Made by a program: the position numbers and the translations under genes. The notes below the pieces were generated by a model. It worked only from the letters and a program-made list of their open reading frames with translations. It was not told where the DNA came from and did no database searches. A DNA stretch of 62,599 bases, counting the filler, from Basidiobolus meristosporus CBS 931.73 (lineage: Eukaryota > Fungi > Basidiobolomycota), in assembly GCA_002104905.1 (NCBI GenBank). It is 4 parts of 4 records of this genome, joined end to end, with 100 filler letters (N's around TTAATTAATTAA, not from the genome) between each part and the next. Parts side by side here need not be neighbours in the genome. Positions count along the whole stretch, not along the records: positions 1 to 26,597 come from MCFE01000914.1; 3 more parts are not named here. The stretch is one strand, 5' to 3'. The first letter of the stretch is position 1; each line of letters opens with the position of its first letter. This document shows positions 1 through 12,603 of the stretch, in pieces.

Positions 1-1725
1 GTATGGGATACTCATTCTTCATGGTAACTGAGTTGAGCGCTCTGTAGTCAATGCACATCCTAAGTGTTCCATCCTTCTTCTTCACAAAAAGGACTGGTGC
101 TCCTCAAGGTGACATGCTGGGACTGATACATTCTTGCTCCAGTAACTGATATATTTGTCTCTTCATCTCTTCCAACTCCAATGGACTCATTCTGTAAGGT
201 GTCTTACCCACTGGAGGGCTATCTCCTGTTTCAATGGCATGATCCATATCTCAGACTTGAGGTAGGCTTACAAGCTCTTTTGGAAATACACTTGAATATT
301 CCTTCAAAAGAGTCTGGACCTTCTGAGGTACTGGAGTAAAGAAATCCTCCTGTAATACTGTCATGAGGAACATCTGGGTGCCTTTTCTTAGTACTCTACA
401 GAACTGTGTCTTGCTAAGTTCACTTGTTTCATACACACTGGAATTGACCAAGTTAAAATCCAGTCTGGCAGGTAATAGCTCATAGGTCTTGTTGTCCTTC
501 TGGATTTGAGTAGCATGGGTTCTCCAGTTGATTAATGGATTACAACAAAATAGCCAGGTTTTCCCAAGTACAAGGTCAAACTTGCAGTTCCCAAATATAT
601 AGGCCTGTAGGTCTTATTTATAGTCGTTGATCTTCATCCTTACTGGCTGAGTAATACAGTTGATTATGTGAGAGTTCCCATTAGCTGTTGAGACTGAAGC
701 TGATATGGTGGGTTCCAAATTGATTCCAGTGTTCAAAGCAAATTGCTCTGGCTTGTACTCTTGCAATGCTCCTGAGTCAATCATGATCTTGGCAGGTACT
801 CCATTGATTACTTCATGCATGTACAATAGCCTTCCTGAGTTTGAGGTTATCAGGGATAGGTATTCTTCTGTTATATGCAAGGTGAGTGCTGAGTCTTCTT
901 CAAATTCTTCCTCCATGTTACTATACTCTATGGCCTCAATATGGTTAAAGGTTCTATCTGGAGCAATTCCCTTAGCCTTGAAAGCATCTTCAGTCTGGTA
1001 CCAGTTGACCTTCACATTAAAGTTGCTCTTGACAGGGTTTTGCTGGCTTTGGGCCATGGTAGTCATTCCTTGTTGTTGCTGGCCAAGGATCTGGAGTAAC
1101 TGTTGTTGCTGGGCCAGGATTTTTTGCATAGTATTCTTCCATTCTTGAATTTTGGACATCTGGTGGCAGGCTTCTTCTTTCTTTAGGGGGGATGTTTCTG
1201 GTTATTGCTGCTACCAATGTTACAGGTCTTGGTATAAAGGTTGTAGAGGAATAGGGAGTTTAGCTAATATTGTATTCACTAAACTTGAACTGATCTTTAT
1301 TGAGGTTCCATCAGCCCCTTATATATATTCTGCCAGACCAATCGCTGACTAATTGTATTTCCCAATGTAGGCTGTGGCTGATGACTCACTTGATTGCATC
1401 ATCATCATCCAATAAGATACTACCTAAGATATTTATTTCTGTCCAATAAGGATCTGCTAATTCATTTGCTGACTAATGCTACTGATTTGATAGGTAATAC
1501 TGATATACTGATAACCTAAACATACAACTAATTGATTTAACTAAAAACTGATCTAACTTAAACATTCAAGAAGCAGATCATAGCAATACTAACACTGATT
1601 TAGCAAAGTGTATGCATAGGTAGGCTTTATATGACTTCAATTCAATACTGATAAGCTAAACATACAAATAAATGATTTGACTAAAAACTGATCTAACTTA
1701 AACATTCCAGTGGCAAATCATAACA
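1..1725 (-). mobile_element. Ty3/Gypsy LTR retrotransposon copy 1 (5' LTR, deleted gag, protease, start of RT; cut by window edge)
   Basis: Minus-strand gag/protease ORF 614-1159 (IMIDSGA motif) and RT N-terminus, collinear with copy 2 at 5.9-7.2 kb. LTR 1218-1725 (TG...CA) is followed on the minus strand by PBS TGGTAGCAGC (1207-1216). Confidence 0.92.
1218..1725 (-). repeat. Gypsy 5' LTR, long form (508 bp) with internal 66-bp direct repeat (1505-1570, 1645-1710)
   Basis: TGTTACA...ATAACA termini; aligns with 3219-3586 and 7205-8331. Confidence 0.9.
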
Positions 1726-3596
1726 CAGTAAGCACTCATCTGTAAGCATGCAAGCAGTAGCATGTACATAATCATAAGTGTTAGCCTGGATTGGAGCCAC
1801 TTGATATTTGGGAACCACTCTATAATGAACTTAGTGTATTCATAAAATTGACAATATCTTAGCCTGCTCTGTAAGCCCTGCAACAAATTATGCAGTGTTG
1901 CAGGCTTGGGTAGTGCTTCATAAAGCTAGAGATGTTAACTGGGAACACCAAACTCTCATGGTAAAGGGCATTATAGGCCACATTGATATGCACCAGCGTA
2001 TTGAGATTACAACACTGGGTAAGGACTCCAATGGGGCCATATGTCATGCTCAAGAAGCATTTGTCTACAGATTAGTTGTTGTTCTGTTATACTCTGTCAG
2101 GGCATGCAGCACAATCCATGGCCATTAAGATCAACCAGGTGCAATGCTGTAACTAACAGTGAGCTGGACTACTCTGGGAGAATACTGAACTATGAGAACT
2201 AATCTCACAAACTATAGAACAGTCACACACAAGGTTTGTACAGATGATCATGTCAACTTGTAGCATTTGCATCACTTGTGCACTTAGATACTGTTGCGAC
2301 TTAAGAAGTGATTTGAATATGAGGAACTTATCAAGAATTAGTGACAATAGTTCAACTGTTATTTATTCAAAAAGAGGCTGAGTATTTAGACCTTTCTAGA
2401 AGTAATATAGTGGTAACACCAAGTAAGGAGGGTTTTACAACATTCTGGAGCACTCTGTAACAGCTTCAGGGTTAGCACACAATATTTGGCAAAAGTGCTA
2501 ATTTGCTCTTGAATATAGGAGATTCTAGGATCAAAGATATGAAGAAAGCAGCAAAGTTAGGGCTGTAAATTAGTCCTACAGTAGGTTTTTGGCTGCTGAA
2601 TGATGCCAAGTAGTCCAATACTTCAATACTCCCCCTCAGCTTAGTGAGCTCTTAATCCTAATTCCTCTCTGAGAGTGACAAATTGTGACTTAGCCAGTAG
2701 CTTTTTCAATATATCTGCCACCATGTTGTAAGTTTAGCAGTAAACCAACTCTACTAAGTTATTTCCTACAGCATCCCTGATAAAGTGTGTGTATCTATGT
2801 GCTCAGTTCAAGCATGATTAGTGGGATACCTAGCTAATAGTGTACAACTTGGATTATCCTTGTAAATATATGTTAGTTTGTCTGAATTAAAACTTAAGCC
2901 TCTGAATATTATATACAGCCATATAGCCCCCTTAGTTCCTTGATAAGCAGCCATATATTCAGCTTTGGTTGTAGATCTGATCCATAATTCTTCATGAATT
3001 GACAGCCCATTACAACTGCCATTGCAATAACAGACGTATAGACACCATTGAGTACATTGAGCTACCAACCATTGACTGTTACAAACGTTTTGGTCCATAT
3101 TTGGGCTGTCTTCACCCACAATAGCCAAGATATACTTAATTTCAAGTTATTGATCATAGAGATAGCTGCAGGCTTGCAATCTTCCACATTGAAGCATCAA
3201 AGAGTGTCCCCAGTGTACTGTCACAAGTCTTGGTATAAGAGCTGTAGAGGGACAGGGAATTTAGCTAGTATTGTATTCACTAAAAGTTGAACTGATCATT
3301 ATTGAGATTCCAGCAGCTCCTTATATGCATTTTGCCAGATCAATTGCTGATTAATTGTATTTCCCAATGTAGGCTGTGGCTGATAATTCATTTGATTGCA
3401 TCATCATCACCCAATAAGATCCTACTTAGTAGATACATTTCTGTCTGATAAGGATCTGCTGATTCATTTGCTGACTAATGCTACCAATTTGATAGATAAT
3501 ACTAATATACTGATAGCCTAAGCATATTCTAAATGATTTGACTAAAAACTGATCTAACTTAAACATTCAAGTGGCAGATCGTAACATTCTCCCCTA

Positions 3597-6500
3597 CTAG
3601 GGTAGAGAAGGTTCTCCTGAATCTTTTTTCTTGTGATACCAATATCTTGATGGTTCAGTATTATCAGCAAGTCTTGCAGGCTTGAGTCTGTCCCTATGTA
3701 CTAAGTCTTCCTGGATATTGCCTTGTTTGTCTGCTAGTTGGTAAGTTGCAAATGGAGATTCTCTGATGATCTCAAATGGTCCTGTCCATTGTGGCTCAAA
3801 CTTCTTCTGGGTGTTGTTTCTTAGTAATACAAAGATCCCAACTGTCAATGCTTCTGGTCCTATAGTCTTGTCAAATTTCTGCTTCATCATTTCTGCACTT
3901 TGAGATACTTTAGTCTGTGCCTCTTGACATCTTTGTTCCAGTTGCTGGTGTCTACATGTCTGACTGAGTTCATCTTCTAAGGTGTCTGCAAGCTTTGATT
4001 GCGTGAGATCTCCTGGAATCCTTGGTTCACATCAATACACTAAGAGAAATGGCAATTGCTGGGTGGTTTTGTGTACTCTGACTCTGCATGCAAAGAGTGC
4101 TTGGTCTATTTACTCATCCCATCTACTAACAACTCCATTTGCATACTTGGTCAGCATTTTTCCAAATAATCCATTAAACTGTTCAGTGACTCCATTAGTT
4201 CTGGGGTCATATGCCAAGGTTTTCAAGTGTTTGATCTGCTGCATTTCCAGGTAAGCTTCCATTGTCTTTGCCATAAAGTCTACTCCTCTATGAGATGAAA
4301 TCTCTACAGGGCGTCCAAACTTTTAAAGATCTCATGATAAATGAAACTTGCAACTTCTTGTTAACTGGCTATAGGTATGGCTTTAGCAACTGGCCATTTG
4401 GTGGCATGGTTAATTGCTACTAGGAACTAACAATTGCATTTCCTGGTAGTTGGCAGTCTTCCAATAAAGTCAATTCCCCATATTTTGAATGGTCTTACAG
4501 GCCCCAAGGGAGAAAGTTCAGCAAATCACTGTGGTTGGCCTTGGTTGATTTGGCAATTTAGGCATGTTTTCACTTGCTTCTCTATGTCTTGTTTCATTCT
4601 GGGCTACCATGCTCTGGCTTTCACAAGGCTATAGGTTCCTTCAATTCCAAGATGTCCATATCCATTGTTTAGCTTATGTATTAAATCCAGGTGAGAAACA
4701 TAAAGGCAATAGGCAATAGAGCTTTCATCTACAATTTAGTGGAGTGTTTCATCCTGTACAGCAAATTGGCTGGCTTCATCCCGGAATATCTACTTGATAT
4801 CTTCATACGCCTCATTAGGAATGGCTTGGTACTCCAAGTACTTTGGTAATAGGCTAGGCCAATCTGATTCATGCACCAAGTTTAGTTGTGCAACTTGTTC
4901 TAAGCTTGATAAGGCATCAGCAACCATATTGTTTTTTCCAGGGCAGTAGATAACCTCAAAGTCAAATTGCTCAATGTACTTACTCCATCTTGTCATTCTT
5001 CTAGAGAGTATCTTCTGAGTATATATATACTTGAGGGAGGCATGCTCAGTCTTCACATTGCATTTGACTCCTTCAATGTGGCATCTACATGTCTTCAAGC
5101 AGTGTACTATAGCAAGCATCTCCTTCTTGTGCACTGAATATTTTTGTTCTGCTGGGTGCAGTTTCTGGTATTCAAAGGCAACAGGGTAGTCCTTTCCCTT
5201 GTGTTCTTGGCTCAAAACTCCACCAATGGCATAATCTGAAGCATCTGTACACAGTGTAAACTATTTTCTGAAGTCAGGTATTCTTAAGCATGGTAGTTTA
5301 GCAAGTTCATTCTTGAGCATCTTAATGGCTGTCTCACAAGCTATGTCCTACTTAAAGGTGTTGCCTTTCTTGCGGATATCAGTTAAAGGGGCTGCAATAC
5401 TTGCAGAGAGCTTGACAAATCTCCAATAATAGGAAACCATTTCATGGAATGATCTGAGCTCTGGTATGGTATGAGGCTGCTTCATATTTTTGATAACTTC
5501 AACCTTCTTAGGGTCTAAGGTCACTCCTGTGCTAGTGACCATGTGTCCCAGATATTCAACATGTTCCTTGAAGAATTCACACTTGGCTATCTTGCCATAT
5601 AGTTTGTTCTCTCTCAGCTTCTTCAAGACCTTTTAATGTGCACCACATGTTCCTCTTCTGTCTTGCTGTATATCAATATGACATCTAGGTATATTATCAC
5701 AAACTTGTCTAAGTACTCCTGAAAGACAGTCTGCATCAGTGTCATGAATGTTGCAGGGGCATTAGTGAGGACAAAACACATGAATAAGTACTTGTAATGT
5801 CCATATCTGGTCCTGAATGCTGTCTTAGGGATGTTTTCTGGCTTCACCCTAATCTGGTTGTATTCTGACATGAGGTCAATCTTGAATATAGTGGCTCCAT
5901 TGAGTTGATCCAAAAACTCATCAATCCAAGGTATGGGGTACTTATTCTTCACAGTAACCAAGTTGAGGGCTTTGTAGTCAATGTACATTCTAAGTGTTCC
6001 ATCCTTCATCTCCACAAAAAGAACTGGTGCTCCCCAAGGTGACTTTTTGGGTCCAGTATATCCTTGCTCCTGTAACTGATCTATTTGTCTCTTCATCTCT
6101 TCCATCTCCAATGGACTCACTCTGTAAGGTAGCTTACTTACTTGGGGGCTATCTGCTGTGTAAATGGAATGATTTACATCTCTGACTGGTGGTAGGCTTA
6201 CAAATTCTTCTTGAAATACATCTGAATATTTCTTCAAAAGAGTCTGGACCTTCTGAGGTACTGGAGAAGAGGAATCTTCCCGTAATACTGCCATGAGCAA
6301 CATCTGGGTGCCTTTTCTTAGTGCTCTACAGAACTGTGTCTTGCTAAATTCACTAGTTTCACAAATACTGAAATTGACCAAGTTAAAATCCAGTCTGGCA
6401 GGTGATAGCTCATGGGTCTTGTTGTCCTTCTGGATTTGAGTAGCATGGGTTCTCCAGTTGATTAATGGATTACAACAAAATAGCCAGGTTTTCCCAAGTA

Positions 6501-7146
6501 CAAGGTCAAACTTGCAGTTCCCAAATATGTAGGCCTGTAGATCTTCTTCATAGTCATTGATCTTCATCCTTACTTGCTGAGTGAAACGGTTGATTATGTA
6601 AGAGTTCCCATTAGCTATTGAGACTGAAGTTCATATGGTGGGTTCCAAGTGGATTCCAGCTTTCAGAGCAAATTGCTCTGACATGCTCTTGTGCATTGCT
6701 CCTGAGTCAATCATGATTTTGGCAGGTACTCCATTGATTATCCCATTCAAGTATAATAGCCTTCCTGAGTTTGAGGTAATTCAATACAAACTCATCCCAG
6801 GTAGAGATTATAGGGCATACCACTGTGGTGTCTGACCTGATCTTGTTATGGTACCACTTTAAAGCTGCATCTGCCAGGTAAGAGGCTGCATAATGTCGCT
6901 TGCTTTCTGGAGCAATTCCTTACCCTTGAAAGCTTCTTCAATCTGGAAGAGACATGTTCCCAGGTATTTAATGACTCTACCATGGTACCAGTTGACTTTC
7001 ACACTATTGTTGCTCTTGACAGGGTTTTGCTGGCTTTTGGCCATGGTAGTCATTCCTTGTTGTTGCTGGCTAAGGATATCAAATAACTGATGCTGCTGGG
7101 CCAAAATTTGCTGCATAGCATTCTTCCATTCTTGATTTTCAAACAT
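3597..7146 (-). pseudogene. Gypsy gag-pol with multiple stops and frameshifts
   Basis: ORF pieces 6859-7146 (gag), 5623-6567 (PR-RT), 5348-5626, 4790-5215 (RNase H), 3597-3890 (integrase C-terminus). Confidence 0.9.
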
Positions 7147-7412
7147 CTTGAGGGTGGCTACTTCTTTCTTCAGGGGGGAGGTCTCTGGCTATTGCTGCTA
7201 CCAATGTTACAAGTCTTGGCATAAGAGTTGTAGAGGAATAGGGAGTTAAGCTAGTATTGTATCACTAAAACTTGAACTGATCTTTATTGAGGTTCCAGCA
7301 GCTTATATACATTTTGCCAGATTGATTGCCAACTAATTGTGTTTCCTAATGTAGGCAGCGGCTGATGCCTCCTTTGAGTGCATCATCATCACCCAATAAG
7401 ATCCTACTTAAT

Positions 7413-8113
7413 AGACTTGTTCCGTTGGATAGTGCCACATTGAGCCATGAGTGCCAAATGATGCCATAGTATGCCAGGGAGGCCAAGTGAGTCTATACTT
7501 GGCCACAGAATGTGAAACATAGCTTTGCAGCTTCATGCAAAGCAGCCCCTGTGTTTCACTCATTGTACAGGCAAAAATTCATTTTTTGACCTTTTTTTTT
7601 AAATCAATGTTGGGTAGGATGTATATGAGTACAGAAGTTCTAAAGACATGCATCAGATACTCAATACCCATGGCACTCTGAATCTAACTCCTATAGCTTG
7701 TAAAATGTCACAAAACTGCATGCACCATATTTAATTATTAGCCCAAAGTAAGATATATACAAAGCACTTATGGCGCCAGATAGTAATAGTGGACTAAGAT
7801 AGTTCCATGCATTTTTGTGACATGTTACAAGCCACAGGAGTTAGAATCAGAGTGCTATGTGTATTGAGTACCTGATGCATGTTTAGCTCTTTTGTACTCT
7901 TACACATCCTGCACAACATTGATCCACAAAGAAATGTAAAAAAATGGATTTTCTCATGTGTCATAGGTGAAACACAGGGGCTGCTTTGCATAAAGATGCA
8001 TAGCTATGTTTCACACTTTGTGGCCAAGTATAGGCCCATTTAGCCTCACTGGCACACTATGGCATCATTTGGCACTCATGGCTCAATGCAGCACTATCCA
8101 ACAGAACAAGTCT
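7413..8113. mobile_element. Foldback MITE copy 1 (701 bp) in the Gypsy 5' LTR
   Basis: Termini AGACTTGTTCCGTTGGATAGTG / CACTATCCAACAGAACAAGTCT; AAT duplicated (7410-7412, 8114-8116); the empty site is visible in the other two LTRs; ~30-bp deletion in the left arm. Confidence 0.92.
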
Positions 8114-10869
8114 AATATATCTATTTCTGTCTGATAAGGATCTGCTGATTCATTTGCTGACTAATGCCACTGATCTGATAGATGATACTGATATACTGAT
8201 AACCTAAACATATAACTAATTGATTTAACTAAAAACTGATCTAACTTAAACATTCAAGAAGCAGATTGTAGCAATACTAACACTGATTTAGCAAAGTGTA
8301 TGCATAGGTAGGTTTAATATGACTTCAATTCCAAGAAAATAGCTTAATTTTCCAATTTATATCATCCTAAACTTGCTGAAGAGTTCTGATTTTGCCTGTT
8401 GAAGTTCCGCCTGGTCACTTGTAGATATTATTAGGTTGTCCACATAAAGAACTAGGATGATCACACCTATTTTAAGCTGTTTTACAAATAAACTGTAATC
8501 TGCAATGTTGCATATAGGCCCAATTTACTCTAGATATGTGTTAATCCTGTTGTGCCAGGCTCTAGGCTCCTGCTTAAGCCCAAACAACAATTTCCCAAGT
8601 CTGTGCACCTTCTGTAAGCCTTTTTGAGTAGTAAAACCTTCTGGTTGCTCCAAATATATAGTATCTTGCGAAACCCCAAATAGAAAGACTGTTTTGACAT
8701 CCATTTGGTGTAAATTTAGACTGTGTATGCTGCCAGGGCTAGACCTGTCCTAATGGAGTTAAGCTTGGCAACCAGAGCAATTGTTTCCTCACAGTCTAGT
8801 CCCTGGATCTAAAGATATCCTTTTGCCACCAATCTAGCCTTGTACTTATCAATGGTACCATTTGAGGCTATCTTGGTCTTCTAGACCCATCTCCATCATA
8901 TTGGTTTTCTCCCATTTGGTAAGTCTACCAGTTCCCACTTTTTTGCATTGATCAGTGATTGGTCTTTTCCTACATGGCTTCTTGCCACATGGTGGCATCT
9001 GGACTTTGTATAGCCTGTTCCAGATTCTGAGGCTTAGAACTTAAGGCAAGACAAGCATCTCCATGATCATTGGATGTCCCCCACTAGGATCCAGGTGCAT
9101 TCCTTATTTGGGTATGTCTCATTACTGGGATAATCTGCTCTGATCTGGAACTGTCTGAATTATCTTCTGTATCCAGCTGAATTTGGTATGTATCTTCATG
9201 GATGTTGATTGCGTCATATGGCAGCTGGCCAATGATTTCAGTAGCTTTCTGATCTGATTTCTCCTTGAATAAAATGTCCCTGTACTATCAGCTTCTAAAT
9301 TTTACCATTTTGCATTCTATATCCTGTAGTATCCTCACAATACGCAACAAGGATCCCTTTCTACTCTTTGGTTACAACTTTGAGCATTTTTTGTGATCAA
9401 TGTGATAAAAGACATCACTGTCAATGATCCTGAAGTTCTGGAGGTCTGGTGTTTTGCCTGTATATTCTTCAAATGAGTGAAGACTTGTGTAGTGCTGTTG
9501 TTGGCCATCTATTCCTGATGTATACCCTGGTAACAACAGATTCAGCCCAAAATTTGTAGTACATTCCCTTATCATTTTGCATAGGTTCACCATCTATACT
9601 ATTGCTCAATTTGCAAGTTCTGCTACCCTATTTTGCAGTGGACTATGTGGAACAGAAGTCTGTTGAGCTATACCAGTAAATGAGAGCTATTTTGCAAGCT
9701 TCATTGAGTAGTATTCCACTACACTATCACTTTGAGGTACCTACAATTTACACCCATCCTGTGTTTTACCATGTTCTTGAAATGCTTATCTCTTAGATCC
9801 AAAGGACAGTGATTGTATGTAGCTGCATATATCTGAGTGTTCAATAGCCAATGTTTTGGTGGTGTTGATTCCTCCCAAGCACTTGAAACATTACTTAGCA
9901 TGTATGCATCCCTAACTGACATTGAACTTGATTAGAATTATGTAATCTTGGCACAAAGCAAGCTGATTTTTTACAAATTGGCTCATTTTCTGTTCCCCAA
10001 TGTATACTAGCCTCCTATGCCATGTCTCCCAGCTAGGGCATCAGTCTTAGCAGTGTAGAAATAGTCAGATACAATGATCTTGCATTGTAAATTATATATA
10101 TTGTGATATCTGATTTCCAAAGCTAGTTTTAGTCAATTTACAATTACTGCTGAGCAGCACAGCTTGGTAAAGACATATTCCAGTCTCTGAGTTGTTGCTT
10201 GTCTAACTGAGAGTAGGCTCTTAGCTATTCCAGGCACACAGGGTATATCGGTCAGCTTTCAAGTTGTGGCTCCTTAGATATCACTCATATTTAGTTGTAT
10301 ACACCTAAAGGTGGTAGCTACTAGTATAGAGTTGTCTCACAGATAAACCTTTCTTGCAGGAATAGCTTTTAAGTTACCAAACCACTCCTTTATACCAAAA
10401 AAATGCTGTGATTCTCCAGAGTCAATACACCATTCATAGCTTTGATTATTTGCACTCAACTGAATTGTATGCATTGACAGGGTACATGGTGCTCTTGTCA
10501 AGGGTGTTGGCATTGATTGAACTGATGTATGCTAGCACACTGGCAATGCATAGGATGATAAGGAATCCAGTAAGGTATGCTGGCATTAACAAGACCTAGC
10601 TGTACACAGTCTGTATATTCAAAAAGATCACCTCTTGATTGTTCACAGTATTCACTTGCTCTCTCTCTGATACTTTAGAACTGTTGCCTTGATGAGTGTG
10701 GTGTAAATTGCTCTCAGAAGCTCCCTTTGATAAATAATTTGGTCTAGCAGGCAAATCCAATCAAGATCAGCCTTCAGGATTCCACTATGATTTAGCTACA
10801 AGCCAGCAGCTTGGGATTACTGGCTCTCTATACAATCTTATAATGGAATTGTATTGGCTATATTTTAAT

Positions 10870-12480
10870 TTTTTTTGTCAAACAAAGTAAAAAACTCTAC
10901 AGTATTTTGGCAGTTTCTCAACAGGAATTTATGGCATCTTGACTGTCTTCATAAGCTCTTTATTTACTTAGGTGCATCTAGCAAGCCAATACATCTATTT
11001 GCCTTATATGGTAACAAACTTGACAGTGTCCTAACAGCCTCATTACTAACTTCTGCTTGCATCATTATGGCAGTACAGAGGCCTACAGATTGATCTTCAA
11101 TGCCAATGTACCAGCTTAAGAAATGATATTTTCTGTTTCTATCTCCCCTGATGCCATTCATACATTGCACTGCAGAGTCACCGCTCTTTATTTGCTTATA
11201 ACCGCAACCATGGGTATTCCATATCCATTATGAATCAAAAAAAGCTATGGCCTCCTGCTTACTAACATTTACATGTATAGACACCTGCTGCAATCCATGC
11301 ACTTCTGTGACCTCATTGTTACAGCATTTCAGTGTGATGCTTGCCATGTTGCCCTATATGCTGTAAGGCTGGTAGCATATATACCTTACATACGTATGCT
11401 AGGTTGCCACCTCTTTTGCCATGAATAACTCCTTAATATCCACAGAGAACTTCTTGGTATTTAAGCAAAAATTTGCTTCTCCCTGCAGAATTCTAGTTGC
11501 CCTCATAGATGCACTCTGGCTGTTGTTTTTGTGAATCTTGTATTGATTGGTGTCAAAATTGGCTTGTGACTGGGAGAAACATAGCATACTTAGGTTGACC
11601 ATTTCTAATATACCCTTGGTAAAATAGCTCCAGAAGGACAGTTAAATAAAAACATATCCTGTTCATCTGGTCTCTGCAATTTACTGTTGCATATGCAAAT
11701 GAATACTTTTTGGAGCTTGCAAGAAGTATCTTGGGTAGCAGACACTCTGTAATATCTTGCCAATTGTTGTAAACTTCTGCAATATCTCTAAGTGCTCACT
11801 GACCTTGAAATGCCTTATGTAGAACTTTCTCATATGTATAGCAATATTGTTGAAGAGTAAAATCAATGCTCCCATTACAAGTCCGTTGCTCCAACAGATA
11901 CCCACTAACTTGAGTATACTTGGTGTGGGATTAATTACATATTCAGGTGGATGGCTTATAGATTGCAAGCATGGCTGCATATGCATGTTGACTTCTATAT
12001 ATTCCCTTGGGTGAAGATGATGTTCTTGGTGCTAGTGTTTGACTAATAATAATATGTGGGAGTTATATAGTAAATCCCCAGTGCCATATTCAGAAAGCTG
12101 AGGTACACCTCAAGGAGTCACAAATTCACCTGATTCAGTTTGCACAAGGTGACAAAGATAGCCAGGTGTCAATATAGAAGTATCAACTGGATAGTAAGAT
12201 GACGTTGGTACAGTAGTGACCAATGAATGATCAAATAATACTTGGGTGGCAAACACTGGCCATGATGCTTGTAATACTTCCTCTGCTGTCTGCATGCTTC
12301 ATGGCTGAGAGGCTTGCCACAATAGCCATATGGTCTTTTTTCTCTTCTCTTATGGCATTGAGTCAAAGCAGTCATGTCCATGGGGCAAACAGTTTGACTT
12401 GCAACAATGTAACACTATCATATCACTCTCTGGTCAATACTTATGTGAGCTTACAACAGTCTTGTATTTGAGACATTGCA
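10870..12480 (-). pseudogene. EnSpm/CACTA-like transposase remnant, copy A (central part deleted)
   Basis: 12060-12420 aligns in reverse with 14820-15170; 11600-11760 (GKILQSVCYPRYFLQAPKSIHLHMQQ) aligns with 18140-18300 of copy B. Boundaries approximate. Confidence 0.65.
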
Positions 12481-12603
12481 CCTATATGAATGTAGGACTC
12501 AATGATGACCTGCCATAGTGAGCATTATAAATAAAGTTTTGCCACCACATACACATATATATGAAACACTATTTCCCCTTTGGTTTGACTAACTTCCATA
12601 TGT

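Larger units (their letters stand above)
3219..8331 (-). mobile_element. Ty3/Gypsy copy 2, near full length, pseudogenised
   Basis: 3' LTR 3219-3586, PPT AGGGGAGAA 3587-3595, integrase, RNase H, RT ([13 protein letters not shown]), protease, gag remnant, PBS TGGTAGCAGC just below 7205, 5' LTR 7205-8331 (interrupted by a MITE and truncated). Confidence 0.93.
2148..10750 (-). mobile_element. Degenerate Ty1/Copia element (family B), split by Gypsy copy 2; 5' boundary approximate
   Basis: 3' LTR ~2148-2628 and PPT 2629-2640 (GCTGAGGGGGAG on minus). RNase H (STTKAEYMAA) 2645-3218; RT resumes at 8321 ([18 protein letters not shown]); integrase ~9.4-9.9 kb; WCIDSG protease motif ~10.4 kb. The RT halves either side of the Gypsy insert are consecutive parts of one RT. 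Confidence 0.8.

Noticed and set aside
1726-2147. Possible coding relic between the Gypsy LTR and the Copia B LTR
   Set aside because: CpG-depleted and probably TE-derived, but no frame gave a motif I could name.
3597-3700. Chromodomain at the Gypsy integrase C-terminus
   Set aside because: The ORF ends shortly after VHRDRLKPA and the PPT follows directly; no room or motif.
10783-12520. CACTATG ... CATAGTG as CACTA terminal inverted repeats
   Set aside because: Only 7 bp match and the flanks (TTC / AGC) are not a TSD.
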